Of a DNA stretch of 64,000 nucleotides, positions 26,836 to 41,160 are shown in pieces. The DNA lies in NCBI GenBank assembly GCA_951406725.2, contig OX597815.1, forward strand, positions 90,272,001 through 90,336,000, written 5' to 3'. Under the pieces are notes generated by a model. The model searched no databases, was not told the DNA's origin, and was given only the letters and a program-made list of their open reading frames with translations. Numbering within the stretch: position 1 is the first letter of the stretch; every line of letters starts with the position of its first letter. The position numbers and the translations under genes are program-made. This DNA comes from Octopus vulgaris (lineage: Eukaryota).

Positions 26836-29446
26836 AAAAGTCTTTTGCATTATTTTAAAACACATTACACTCTGTTTGAAACGATAGAAAATTTCTTCTA
26901 TTTTTCACAGATTCAAGTAATGCTTGGTACTTTCGATAAAAATTTAAGGTTTTCGGTTTAACTGACTCAATCGCAACATAAGGGATGAGTGCCTTTTGGC
27001 AAAGAAGAATTATCGTTTCTACTACAATCTTGACAATTTGTTTAATTGAAGGATCTTTCATAACTACTTTCTTTTCTTTCTCTCGTTCAAATAAAGCACA
27101 TTTTAGTACGTACTTATATGTTGGTAAAACTCGCTTGCTAAGATCACATGTAATACCAAATATTGGACATTCAGTATCATAACGCATTGTTGCATTATGT
27201 GTCACCACTAAATATAAGCAACACGAAATTTAACGCGATCATTAACTTTAAAAGAATGGCCTAAAGTCAAGGTACAAAGCAGAAAACTTCACACAGGTAC
27301 GACGTATGTCCACAGGCAACGACGTTTGCGGCGGCACTGGAGAGACGTTCACAATCCCGTTCTCTTTATAGTCAAAGTATTATTTAGTTGTATTGAAACG
27401 TCGTATGCAACCTCTTAAGGATTTACTGTTTTGCATTCTGCTATGTATTCCTTACAACTTATAATCCATTAAATCCAAAAATTGATCAAAATTAGCGATT
27501 TTCAAAATTTTCAATTGCGTTGCGGTACCTAAGAAATTATTTAATCGCAAAGTTCCTTATATACCTTTCTTTTATCCCTAGTTCGCAACAAAATATTGGT
27601 TCTTAGTTACCAATTTAAAAGTTGCAGTTTCCGCTCCTCTCAAATGTAGACTATCGATAGTCGTGTTCGTGCTGATATGGTAATTATGTTGTGATACTGA
27701 GTGGATGTCATATTGATCCAACCTTTTGAAAATAATAACGCTGTACGACTGGGGGGTCATACACTGCCAGGTGGAAACATTCCGTCGAGGACTTCGGAAT
27801 ACAACAATATCTGTGACAGTGACAATCGTCGTCAAAAAACAAATTCAACAGTGGCAAAATATATCTTTATAAGAGTGGCGAGAGAGATAAGCCAATTTCG
27901 AAGACGGGTTAACAAACTTACAAAGTTTGTTGTACGATCTTCACGAAAAATCGTAAAAGTATGGAAAATTTGTTGGCAGGTCTGCTTGAGTTGCACAAAT
28001 AGCAACAACAGCTGAAAGATCAACAACATCAGATACAAATGCGAGACTAATAACAGAAGCAACAACAATTAATATTACAGCAACAAATGCTGCAATTACT
28101 GAAGTCGTTAGGAAAGCCAGAAAAAGTCTTCTCGCCAATCGATGTCGCGAATTCAGTATCTGAATTCAAATACGAATCTGATGAAGGAGTTACCTTCGAA
28201 GCATACTACAGAAGATATGAGCAAATCTTCGAAAATGAAAGTAAAGTTTTTGGACGACGAGCTTAATAATCGCTTAATCTTGAGAAAACTGGCGACAACA
28301 GAACGTGAATGATACAGTAATTTTGTACTCCCAAGAAAACCTTCGGACATAAACTTCAATGAGTAAATTCATATATTATGTAAAATTTTCAGTGAAGAAA
28401 GCTCATTGTTCAACACACGTTGGAAGTATCTGAACATTGAGAAAAACAACAAAGACTTTATCGCATATGCTGGTAGAATAAACAGGGAATGCGGGAAGTT
28501 TAAGTTGACAAGTTAACTCTAGCTATGCTCAAATGCTTGATTGTTACACAGGGTTAACTGCAGAAAAGCCAGAGCTAGAGGTTTTGCAAAGCTGGAGCAA
28601 AAGCAGGCTGCAACCCTGCAAAAAGTGTCTGCAGAATGCGAAAGGACACTTGAATTAAGACGCAACAGAGAGGGAATTGAACGTAAAGATTGTTTCCAAG
28701 TAAAAATACCAGTGCGGAATAGACTGAATAGAGTAAAGTGTCTTCTAAAAAACGTGACAAACAAGATGTAATCCCATGTTTTGCATGTGATGGTATGCAC
28801 CAGGAGAAAAATTGTCCATTTAAAAAAGTGGAGTGTTTTCGTTGTGGAAATATACGAAACGTGGAAATATGTCAGTAAACTGAAATTGATTAAATCTAAA
28901 CAGGTACCACCCGGTGTTACGAGAAAAGGATAATATTTTATCGATGAAAGCGTTATGTAACATAACATTTCGAGGTCAATAGAAAAAGGCCAAGATATAT
29001 TAAAACATTCGCTTAATTTATTTGGCACAGAGTGGATACAGCTAGTTAATTTATGGGCTGCATCCATAAGTGTTTTGTGTAAAAATATAGTCCCCTCCGT
29101 CGAAGGTTCAAATGAAGCCGAAGGACTGAAACGAAAAATTGCAGTAAAACACGAAATAACTGTATGTAGGCAAAAAAGAAATGTATCGTTTGCAGATCAA
29201 GTTAACAAAGAACTGGAAAGACCGTAGAGTTTTGATATAATTGAAAAGAATGTCCACGCAGACTCGAGAACACCAACGGTTTGCGTGAAAAAAGAAGAAT
29301 GACAAACGAAGAGTTTGTACAGATTTTTCAACATGGGCGAACGATTTGTTAGTAGTAGCACATGCTCACATTTGTTAAAAATTAATACACCCCATGACTT
29401 ATAGTAAATGTCAGCGGTTTTCCTTTGGTGTGGAGATAAAGTGTGA

Positions 29447-29790
29447 ATGCTTGCTGAAAAATCCAAATACTTAAGACATGTAATTGAGGACAATGGAATG
29501 CAATTTGTGTCTAACGAATATAAAGACATTTGTGAAACGTTCGCGGTAGATCATATAACTATGGCACCGTACGATCCCAGATCTAATGGACAGGTAGAAT
29601 GCTTTGTTGATACCCTCAAAAGAGCTTTAAGAAAAGCAAATAAGAAAACCATGGATGATGCAGCTCTTCTACAATTTTAAAGTGTATACCGTGTAACACC
29701 AAATCTGAATACACCAACAGGTATCTCACCAGAGGAGCTGATACTTGAAAGGAAAATAAAGTCAGTTTTTGATAAATTGCTACCTGACAA
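29447..29790 (+). pseudogene. Gypsy integrase core remnant
   Basis: DNGMQFVSNEYK...APYDPRSNGQVECFVDTLKRAL...YRVTP..TG.SPEEL. Confidence 0.85.
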
Positions 29791-30251
29791 GAAAAGAAAA
29801 ACTACTAGGGAAGACATAGCAAGATTTTTTAAAGTTGGTGATAAGTTGTATGTGAGGACATACAAAAATGGTAAGCAGAACTTGGGAGAGGGTGAAATTG
29901 CCAAATACATAGGTAAAATGATGTAATGGGTAAAAGGTAGAGAAGGCATACAAAAGAGACACAAGAACCAACTGAAAAAGAGATTCGTGGAAAGCTAACC
30001 AAAGAGGTTGGAGGAACCCGTGGAATGGTTGTACGATATGCTACAAGTATCAATACCACTGCAGGCGATTGAACCCAGGTGCACAAGTGAAAGGAAAAGA
30101 AAATATACAGTTCCTAAAAATAGATGCCAAGAGAAAAGAAATATTGTACAAAAAAAAAAGAAAAAGAAACTCCAAAAAGGGAGGTGGGGTGAATAAAAGA
30201 AATAATTGCTAAATAAAATGACACTTCCTAAGAAGAACTTAAAAGGAGAAA

Positions 30252-30592
30252 TGTTGTAAAGAATTAGTAATAATGGTTCACCCTTTCCACGTGGCGAGTT
30301 GAATGAGAAGTAGAATGAGAGTAAAGTGACGTCGGCCAATATTGTGAGAATACGTAGAGTACGAGAGTACTGTGTTGAAAGTCGTGTCTGTGCTGATATA
30401 GTAATTACACTGTAATACTAAATGGACGGTATAACATTCCAACCTTTTGAGGATAATAACACTGTACAACTGGGGTTCGTAGAGTGCCAGACAGAAACGT
30501 TCTGTCAACGTCTTCAGAATATAACAATATCTGTGAGAACGAAAACTGTCATCAAAAAACAGATACAGTTGCAAAAAGACCGCTTTATAACA
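30252..30592 (+). repeat. Gypsy 3' LTR
   Basis: Termini TGTTGTAAAG...CTTTATAACA; its 3' two-thirds align with 27655-27874. Confidence 0.85.
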
Positions 30593-30849
30593 ATAAGCAA
30601 AACGTTAGGCTCTTTTTAAACCTGGACAATCCTTCAAAAATTATATAACACCTCCTTAAGTAAAAACATGAAACAGCACATCGAGGGGCATCAACCTTGC
30701 TAAGTAACCCACCAAATGTGCATAACATTACATTTTGCTGTCTTAAAAGAACATATTATTCTTAAGTCTATTCGGTCATCGCTCACTTGCAATTTAGGTA
30801 CAATAATATCAGACTCTGTGCAACAAAAGCTCAGCTTAGCCGTGAACTT

Positions 30850-31580
30850 TTGCTAGTATAGAAAACACTACAGCTTAAAATTTCCTGAAACGAATGCTAT
30901 AAAAGTTCATTCGCCTCATGCTCTTATCTACCTATATGCTTAAACTCTTTAAATATTCCTGAAGACAACACACAACACTTCGCTGCTATAACACTTGCAT
31001 TCTCTGAAACGTAATCTATTATATCTAAATATTCTGTAAATTATTTTCACATCACTAATACCTTAGAAAAGAGAGCTCGCAAGATGCCCATATTTTTTAC
31101 ATAGTTGGCAAAATAGGATTTTTCTCCATCTAAATGGATTCGTTATTATCTCCAGAGCTTGCAGTCCTTTCCCAAGAGAAATACATCTTCCAAAGAGAAA
31201 TATATCTGCGCAACAAAACCTTGGCGAAGCCGCGAATCTTTACTAGTGTAGAAAGCACTACATCTTACAATTTTCTGGAACGAATACTATAACAGTTCAT
31301 TCCCCTCATACTTTTATGTACCTATACAGTTAAACCCTTTAAATATTCCTGAAGACAACACACAACACTTTGATGTTATAAGACTTGCATTCTCCCAAAC
31401 ATAATCTATCATATTCAAATTTTCTGTAAATTATTTTCCCATCACTAATGCTATAGGAAAGAAAGATCGCAACATGCCCATAATTTTGACATAGTTGGCA
31501 AAATAGTATTTAATCCATCTAAATGGATTCGATATTATCTGCAGATCTTCCAGACTTTTCCTAGGAGAAATACATCTTCG
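30850..31580 (+). repeat. Diverged ~390-bp tandem duplication inside the LRR remnant
   Basis: 30850-31190 aligns with 31239-31580; both contain ttaaatattcctgaagacaacacacaacactt and catagttggcaaaatag. Confidence 0.9.
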
Positions 31581-33397
31581 AATCCGGATGGTCCATAGTT
31601 GTGATATTACATTAGCAGGAGATTACTTGGCAGAGGATACAAGAACACAGAAAGATGATTGGGAACAAGTGAAGATGGAATGCACTCTTACAGAAGAGAC
31701 TGGGAAGTGTAGGTTTCCACTCGTTAGTAAGAGAGCATGAAAGTGACAACAGATATATAGCCTCATACTCATGGCTAATATATTTAATGTACACATCAAT
31801 TCAAGTTATAAAATTCAATAAAGTTCATTAAGTATATCATGATAGAAACTCATGTTGCCTTGTTTTATTCCGACTAAAATATCGGCTGCGAAGTTAGCTA
31901 ATTTCGTAAAAATACAAATCATCTGCAGCAAAGATACTCTCAGACATCTTTGCGTGTTGTTTTGCACTTATGAAGTTGCTGCAGCTTTCATCAAGTTGCT
32001 GTCCTCTTGCAAATTTCACAGGAGTCTACTCAACTTAAGCTACTGCTGGCACAGCAAATATAAAGACCAAGTAGCACAATGCTGCAATGTGCCATCAGGT
32101 TCCAGTTTACAATATATGGAACAACAATCATTAGATATTAGCAAAAAAGGTGCTCGTATTGAAAACCAACATGGCAGAAAATATGCTGGTCAGGCCGGTC
32201 AACATAGATTTTTCTGGTACGACTCCACCCTAAAATGTCAATTTCAAGTTTACTTCAAGATTTTCGAAAACTGAGTGTGAATAGTTGCAAAATAAAACAT
32301 GGATTATGTTTAAATTACTAGCAGTAGTGTCCTTTGGGTTGCAGCACAGACGCTTATGTAGGTTATATGACCAAGAGTTTTGGTATTTTTCTCAAAATAC
32401 TGATGAAATGCTATAACACATACAATCAGCTTCAGCCTTAAGCCAAAGTATAGTGATGACTTCGCCGAAGATCTTAAGCCTCAATCTTCTGAGAGGCACC
32501 ATAGTATGGAAATAGGGTCCTCAGATTCACCTTTCCTCGACAAAGTCAATTATATAAATGACCTTAAACTTTAAAACTAAGACAGCCTCCATCCTACCTG
32601 CACTGAAATCAATAACTTAGCAACAGAAATTTTGAAATTCCATCATATATTTTCGATAGATTATTAACATATATCTATGCTAATCACTCCATGACCTCGG
32701 GCTTCTATAAGCTAAATGGTTACGATAGCTGAGGAACTGATAGGTCAAAAGTCTCCAAAGAGCGCAACAACATTAACTAACAAAGTAATGCCTGCACAAA
32801 CATTATCAACTCTTAGCTTTTGCAGGTTATACTTATACATAAAAATCAGTAGACACTGTTTACATAAACGAGAACAATTACACCATTCAACAGGAATTTA
32901 AGACTCATTGGAACCTTAGGACTTACCGCCACACTGACGTCAGCTGAATGAAAGTTTGCCCAATAATGCTGTTATATCATTTACATTAGCTCTGGATTTG
33001 CTTTAGCACAAGTCCAATTGTAAAGTTTATACAAGCAATACTAATCTTATTAAATACACCAAAGTAGATGATCTAATTCAACTTAAGAGGCGGTTCCTAA
33101 ATACCGAATATTATGTCATGTCTACAAATACATCTGAAGGGTAACCCCGGACGATTTCTAGGCTGCTTCTGGTGGAACGCTGCTTTGTTAATGAGCAAAT
33201 GTATGTAGTATAATCAAGCGTTGGTACCACAGTAACATACTTATGACTCTGTTGGGAAACGAAAGCAAAAACATCAATATGAATATATTCAAAGTTTTAA
33301 AGCTTGATGGGTACAGAACTAATATCCTATCAGATTCGGTTTATTCTACCTTTTAATAAGATTTCATTTTGGTGAACGTATTTCTATTCTTTTACTC

Positions 33398-33463
<66 letters not shown>

Positions 33464-34474
33464 ATTTCTATATTGTATTGATTTCTATATTGTTATTTGT
33501 TAATTATAAGTTACGATACGTACATTTATTTACTTATTATTATTGTTGTCGTTGTTGTTGTTGTTCTTGTTCTTGTTGTTCTTGTTGTTCTTGTTGTTCT
33601 TGTTGTTCTTGTTGTTCTTGTTGTTGATGTTGATGTTGATGTTGTTGATGTTGTTGTTGCTGTTGTTGTTGTTGTTATATTGTGAATTATAATCTTAACG
33701 TATTACATATAATTTACATTGGGAAATAGTTTCGTAAGACAAGGTCGTATCGAATAGGTAGTAATTTTTGTATTTGTTATGTAATATTGCTTTTAAGTAA
33801 ATATTTTAATAGTGATAGAAACTTTGGTTAATTCTATAAATGAGTGAAATATTAAATCTATACATAAATTGCATTAATTATATACTAAGTTTAACTAATT
33901 TGTGTGTATATATTTAAACCTTTTTCTATTGTTAATTCTTATAGTGTGTAGTAGTAATATATAAGTTAGCATGAAGTTTTTTTAGTATATAATACATAAT
34001 TAGAATAAGATTAAATTTAGATGTTTATTAAATAAATACATAAATAGATAATTCAATGGATATAGATTAAATTATAATAATTTAACTTCACTTAATGTAT
34101 ATCATGTATTTTGAATATTTTCTTAAAATATTTTGTTTTAAATACTTGTACTTTAATTTTCCAGTAATGATATACTATAGTGTGTAACTTTTTTCTATAA
34201 ACTAAAATATATTTTCACAGATGAACTAAATATTTCTATCTATTTGTTCTATTACACCACATTTTTACCGAGATAAATCTATTATATAGACTAAATCCTA
34301 CTTATTAAATTTAAAGATTTAGTTAACAGGATATATTCAATAAGCCATGTTTTTATTTTAAGATATATTTGTTCTATTTCTTATTATAAAATTATGTATT
34401 TTTATATATATTTATCTTTTCCTATAATATACGTATATTATTTAATTATTTTATTCATTTTATTGTTTTTATCT

Positions 34475-34560
34475 TAGACCTGATGAGTGACTTTATTTAA
34501 ATTGAATTGATTTTTATTGTTATCAATTTGAAAATATAGCCACTAAACACGTGTAGTCTA
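34475..34560 (+). ncRNA. Hammerhead ribozyme motif with a G12 mutation in an AT-rich pLTR-like repeat
   Basis: tagac-CTGATGA-gtgact..agccac-TAAA-cacgtg-ta-gtcta; perfect stem I, palindromic stem III, GAAA changed to TAAA. Confidence 0.7.
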
Positions 34561-34725
34561 TTTACTAATTATATACTATTTATTATTTAGTACTTTATTT
34601 AGTTTTGGGTAAATGTTTTATTGTATTTTTAAGATTTTCTATATGGTATGATTTAAGTATATCATTGTTGAACTGCTTCATGGTGGTTCTTCTCTAATTT
34701 ATATACATACATACACACATGCACA

Positions 34726-34803
<78 letters not shown>

Positions 34804-35251
34804 TCTTTTGGGCATACCGTTTCCCATACATTATAATGGTGCTTTTATTTCCATGGGCTGTATACCAATTCATAATACTCTGATTTCAATTTAATTTTCT
34901 AATTTTTGAAGAATTAAAGTACTCCAATGATGATGAATATGCTAAAAGAACGTGACTCTATTAACGATCATTTTAACTCCGTCATCTTATTTAACAAGTA
35001 TTATTTAGATACATAACATTTTCACATTTGAATTTTAAAATATAAAACTATTGAGTGTTTATATGTAGCAAAGTGCATGGGAGCCCCGTGCTTCTTTAAA
35101 CGTACTGGCTACGAAACTAAGTTCTTACATTAAAAATCATAGTTTTTCACGAGATATGCCACACCCTTCCACAATTAATATACTTTTATTACGGATGATT
35201 CTGGTACGTTATTGCTACATTCCAGTTCGGGTAATCTTCGAGCAATGGGTA

Positions 35252-35336
<85 letters not shown>

Positions 35337-35446
35337 TATATACATATATATATATGTATGTAGGTACGTATATATGTATCTAAGTATATGTGTGTAGGAT
35401 GCACACACACAACCATATATATAAAGTATATTAATATATGTATATA

Positions 35447-35477
<31 letters not shown>

Positions 35478-36023
35478 GTATGTATATGTATATGTATATA
35501 TGTACGTATATATGTATGTATCTTAAAAGTGTATGCCAGTAGGTTTATATAGCCATTTTCAAATCCATATGTCAGTGTACTGGTTATACATTACATTCTT
35601 ATGTCTAGGAAAATATGTGTTGATGAAGTTATGAGTAAATTATGGTTTCTAAACTATTTCTGTTAGCATTAATAGCATGAATAAAGTGATGTAGCTTACA
35701 ACCAGCGACACTGCGATTCCATATATTATCTGCACGATTTTAACGGTAATAACTTTTTTTCACCAAGATCAAAACCAATTTATTTTATGAGCTGGGAGAT
35801 ATCAAACTATTTTATCTATCCTTCGGGCATTAGCATCTTAACTGAGGTATGTTAAATTGAGATTAAATGTACGTATTGGTGCTTCGAACTGACAGAAACG
35901 TAATTCTTACTGAATAACATGCTAATATTTATTTATACATATACACTAGCTCTCGAATCTCAGATATGCGCCTTCCGTTGCACAAGTGCGATGGGAAAGT
36001 AAATAAATATATATATATATATG

Positions 36024-36094
<71 letters not shown>

Positions 36095-36259
36095 CAAAAC
36101 ACCTATTAACAATTCAATTTATGAAACATTAAATTATACTTTTTAGAAAATTTACATATTATAGAAATATTAAATATAAGATAAAACATATAACGGATTT
36201 AGTATTTTAGTATTTCTAAACTGAATTTTTCCCTGTAAGTTTGAAATTATACTCCCTCA

Positions 36260-36334
<75 letters not shown>

Positions 36335-36341
36335 CATTATT

Positions 36342-36394
<53 letters not shown>

Positions 36395-37219
36395 CATTAT
36401 TATTATATATGCCGGTATGTGTGTGCCTGCGCGCGCATTTGTGTGTGCGTTTATGCATGCACATATGTATGTATTCATATTCAGAAAAGCATGAATTTCA
36501 CAAATATATCAATCTAATTAATTTCAATAGCTATTTCATTAGAAATAAACATAATTACCTCTTTAACTACATAATTAAGATATATAGGTAACGAAAATAG
36601 GTAATTTAAATTGATTTTCAATTACGTGAATTATTCTCTAGTGGTGGCAGTTACTACAAGGGAGATCATACTTTCTGCATAGGATTTGGTAGGATTAGGA
36701 ATCTGAATTTAAGGAATTATTGTTTTCTAATAACGTAATTTAAGGCATTACTGTTTTCTATTAACGTAATTCTAAATATTTATAGCAATATTTCCTTCGT
36801 TTTAGAAATCCTCGGCAGAATTACTAAAACAGCAATCTTTTATCTTTTAATTGGTTCAGTCATTAGAGTACGGCCATCCAGGGACACCGCCTTGAAGAAT
36901 GAATCGATCACATTACTTATTTTCCTTTGAAACCTGGTGGGGGATAAACACGAGTACTTTTTGTTCTCATTTTGTTTTAAATTCTAAGCCTTTTTCAGGA
37001 AAAAAAATTAGATCTGCATGTAGCCCTTGAGAAGGGCTTTAATGCACATTTTTATTCGACGCGAAACTTTGCTTTTAAGGACGAAAAAGTTTGAAAATTA
37101 AACAAAAATGTTTAATTTTTCCTGGCACGTAACGCTTCAAATGACGTCATCGCTGTGAGCTGCAACTTTGCTGCAAAAGCATTATCGAATGTTTTCACGG
37201 CAGCATAAACTTATTAAGC

Positions 37220-37525
37220 CAAATGGTGGGATCTGGAAGCTCAGCGCTGATAATTCTATCAATGTCTGCAGGTCTGATTTTTTCCTTGCACTAGATAAGA
37301 ATCTGTGCATATGGTAGACATCGCTTCTGCCATTCCACAGTGTACATCATGCATTCAGAGTTCCGTAGATTTTCTCCGTCTTCAGCAAGGACATCAGGAG
37401 ATTTAACTTGAGGTGGAAGACACTGGCAACTATATCATGACGGTCAATGGTCTGTTGTCCCGAGAATAAATTCTCCTTAATCTCTGTCCACTGAGGATTG
37501 CAGGTGAATGTGATGAAGAGGCCTA
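37220..37525 (-). mobile_element. Helitron Rep domain fragment
   Basis: LFITFTCNPQWTEI..DRHDIVASVF (motif 1), YTVEWQKR..PY/H (motif 2), IDRIISAELPDP. Confidence 0.85.
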
Positions 37526-39025
37526 AGCGGTTTTGAATTTTTTGCTCATTGCTTAACATTATTTTGTTTTTTCTTAACCATTCATCTCCGAAATGATGGA
37601 CCAACATTGTCCTCATAGTACCTTCTGTGTAGCCTTTCAAAGACTGTGTGAACTACATATGTTCTCATTCCTTCCATTCCATGAATGCCAAGCACCTATA
37701 CAATAAATCTTCCTACCATTTGTGACCTACTTCTCATCTTCTTTAGAAACGTAGCGGCCCAAGGAGAACCGAATGAAATCTGGTAGTAGCAGCTAATATA
37801 TATATATATATTTATTTTTGTGTCTGATGAGAGTCATTCTCTTTTAGTGCCCTACTACTTATCACATTCACTGGTTCGATTTCCAATCATTTACTTGTTC
37901 ATTCTTGCAAACATATCCGTTGCGTCTTGCAAACTCTTCAATAGTTGACTCTGTCCGTTATTAGAGCTGCCTCCTTTTTGTTTGTTAGTGCGCATGTGTG
38001 TGCGTCAGTGTTCATGTATATACGCATATGTATGTATGTCTGTGTATGCATATATAATATATATATATGTAATCGTGTGTTTATGCTTGTATGTATGTAT
38101 TCTTTATATTCGTGTGTTTCTGTGTTCATATTTGTGTGTTTGTATGTGCGTGTGTGCTTCTGTATGTATGTATCTCTGTCTCCTTGTATGTGTGTATGTG
38201 CGTGCTTGTCTGTCCATATTACCTATGTATCTATCTATTTATCCATTTACCTACCTAGCAAACTACCTACCTATATATATAAATATATATAAGGTAGGCA
38301 AAATGTCGGATGTTTGTATATATTTTTTTATTTATTTACATTTATAGCGCCTTCTTCCTTTATCGATTTATCAATAAATAGTTCAAATTTAGATTTCTGG
38401 TTTCCAATTAAAACCTTGACTAATTCAAATACAAAACTTCTTTTTCCTTTCCCTTCGTTTTCCTCCTCACATTATATGTATTATAGCGTATTGGCGTTTA
38501 GCGACCTATGTTTTAGTTCCTAATAACTTAGGATATGATATTTATGATATTTAATGTATCATCATATATGATGTTGGTGTATTTAATGCATACATATACA
38601 CATATATATATATATGTATATAAAAGACTCGAGGACATTTCGTCGGGTTGACCACTCCAATAGGTATGCGCTCTCTGTGCTGAAACTGGTATGCAGTTGA
38701 ACATGTGACTTTTCGATTAGAAGTAGGTTCCCTTTCAACAGGTAGGTATGGATTAAAGTAGGAAGAAAAGGGAAAACGGTTTGGCAAGACTTGACATTGA
38801 CAGTTAATTTAGTTATATAATAAATAGGGATTATATATGTAAACTTTTTTTTATTATATAGATAAATTGAATAACCTTGATAAGTTTTACCAAACTGTTT
38901 ACCTTGAAATTCCTTACAGCCTCTTTGTGATTCTGTCTTACTAATGAGTGGAATAATACACGTTTATGTGTCTCGATACCTTATGGACACTATATAACTA
39001 ATATATATACTAAATACAGACACAC

Positions 39026-39089
<64 letters not shown>

Positions 39090-39324
39090 TAGATAGATAG
39101 ATAGATAGATACATACATACATACATACATACATACATACATACATACATACATACATACATACATAGATAGATATGTATGTATATTTTTCCCTTGTTAA
39201 CAATTAACACGGAAAAATTGATAAATAGTTACAATGGTAGCAAAGAATCACATAAAAGTAGAAACTCAAGGTTTACGTGAAATATTTCGTATAATATATA
39301 GAAATAAATAAATGGACTTTTATA

Positions 39325-39385
<61 letters not shown>

Positions 39386-39730
39386 ATAATAAAGTGATTG
39401 TTTCTTATCAGGAACAAACTGTTTAATAGGACTGCTATAGAAGTGCTCAATTGAATGAGACAAATATATTAAACTATGATTGCAGAACAAACAAATAAAA
39501 GGTTATCCACATAACATTTCATATATCGAACATTTAATCACATAATGCTTTTTCTTTCACATAGAATATACATGCATAAAACCACAGAAGATGAAACACA
39601 ACTCATTAGTACAAGCATATAACAAAAATACATGAAAAATATGTGAATACAGTTCATCGCGGTTAAAAGTTAACGATTAATACTTTAGCGACTAAAAACT
39701 TTTTTTTTGAAACATTACAACAGACGAAAT

Positions 39731-39764
<34 letters not shown>

Positions 39765-39770
<6 letters not shown>

Positions 39771-39925
39771 ATTTCGTCTGTCATAACGTTCTGAGCTGAA
39801 ATTCCGCCAAGGTCGACTTTGCCTTTCGGAGTCGATAAACTAAGTACCAGTTACATACTAGAGTCGATGTTATCGACTGACCCCTCCTCAAAGTTTTCGG
39901 GTCTTATGCCTGGAGTAGAAAAGAA
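39765..39925 (+). mobile_element. SINE with Meta-domain-like core
   Basis: cggtatttcgtc..gttctgagctgaaattccgccaaggtcgactttgcctttcggagtcgataaactaagtaccag. Confidence 0.75.
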
Positions 39926-40115
39926 TATTTACGTAAATAACTGTAAATATTTTTATTCTATGATTCTAAGCCTACTTTTCGGATAAGTATATTTCTTTCG
40001 TAATTGACTCAAACCAAATATAACTATTTACTACTTCTGTCGATTATACCGAATTTGTGTGAGTGTGCGTATGTATGTGCGTGTGTGCACTTCGATGGAT
40101 ATATATTTGTGTGTG

Positions 40116-40174
<59 letters not shown>

Positions 40175-40334
40175 CAGACATGCCCTGCGTTGCCCGGGTT
40201 CAAGAAAATAATGAAATTTAAAATCGCCGTGTAGATTCCACAGGCCTCAATTGCTGACAGCTCAGATACCAACTTTCTATGTAACTATGTAACCCATGCC
40301 AACATGGAAATAGACGTTACGTGAAATGTGAAAA

Positions 40335-40655
40335 GAAAGTGGCTGTGTAGTAAGTAGCTTGCTTACCAACCACATGGTTCATTGCCACTGCGTGACAACT
40401 TGGGCAAATGTCTTCTACTATAGCCTCGGGATGAGCAAAGCCTTGTTAGTGGATTTGGTAGATTGAAACTGAAAGAAGCCCGTCGTATATATATTTTTGT
40501 GTGTGTGTGTTTGTGTGTTTGTCCCCCACCATCGCTTAACAACCGTTGCTGGTGTGCTTACGTACCCGTAACTTAGCGGTTCGGCAAAAAAGACCGATAG
40601 AATAAGTACAACGTTTACAATGAATAAGTCCTGGGGTCGATTCGTTCGACTAATG
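40335..40655 (+). mobile_element. Octopus-type tRNA-derived SINE
   Basis: gtggctgtgtagtaagtagcttgcttaccaaccacatggttc..ataagtcctggggtcgatt; homologous to the 8517 copy. Confidence 0.85.
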
Positions 40656-40779
40656 GCGATTTTATTTTATGTAACACAATGTCACTAACCTTTGTCGAAG
40701 TTTGAATATAATAGTTTATGCCCTGTGTGTTTGTATTTTGTGTGTCAGCGCATTTGTCTTTCAACTTTTCGCTGACATG

Positions 40780-41160
40780 CGTTGTAAGCTAAGGAGAATT
40801 CTTACAAAGAGTGACATCGGAGAAAGAACAGATCGTGAAGACCCTCGTTATGGGACATGTGAAATATTTGAGCAAGAAACAACAACAAAAAATTCAAGAA
40901 TGGGAAGGATCTCATCGACTGCATTACGTCCACAATACAAAGAGAATTACATTGGAGAAAAGTTATTACCTAGTCGTGTAAACGTGCATAAACCACAGAT
41001 TATATGTCAATCTCTTAGACATTTTCCATGTTATAAACATCTAGACAGTTGTGCAGATGGAAAATTCAAAATGTTTCCCTCTTATAGAATAATATACAAA
41101 CATGATCAACTACGAAAGGCAATGGAATACTTTATATGAATTCCAAATCCGAAACTAAAC
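40780..41160 (+). pseudogene. Penelope-like element GIY-YIG endonuclease remnant
   Basis: LRRILTKS..DPRYGTC (decayed Cys linker), ENYIGE..SRVNVHK, KHLDSCADGKFK.FP, RKAME.YFI..PKLN. Confidence 0.75.

Larger units (their letters stand above)
27655..30592 (+). mobile_element. Decayed Ty3/Gypsy LTR retrotransposon
   Basis: 5'-truncated LTR 27655-27874, PBS-like tggcgagag at 27876, gag remnant FKYESDEGVTFEAYYRRYEQIF, integrase remnant, PPT aaaaggagaa, and 3' LTR. Confidence 0.85.
20130..33170 (+). pseudogene. Fragmented leucine-rich-repeat (Toll/slit-like ectodomain) gene remnant interrupted by TEs
   Basis: Short translated pieces: YITLSLNPFSCY (20251), NVQRLNVR*NHF (20536), ILDIQYHN (27160), LQFRYNNIR (30787), EIHL..NP..HSCDI (31567), FEIPSYIFDRLLTYIYANH (~32631), LQIHLKGNPG..GC (33122). 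Many stops and frameshifts. Confidence 0.55.

Noticed and set aside
26016-26961. Poly-D/N/S/I/M ORFs and a repeat-spacer look
   Set aside because: Triplet microsatellites plus a two-copy duplication; not coding and not a CRISPR array.
37820-37850. CTGATGA-gag..ctc hairpin
   Set aside because: No GAAA or stem I partner follows.
38935-38965. CTAATGA-gtg..cac-G partial hammerhead
   Set aside because: Core mutated and truncated; only suggestive.
40172-40200. Helentron/HINE-like terminal hairpin (also 19063-19096)
   Set aside because: Too short to classify and no paired ends identified.
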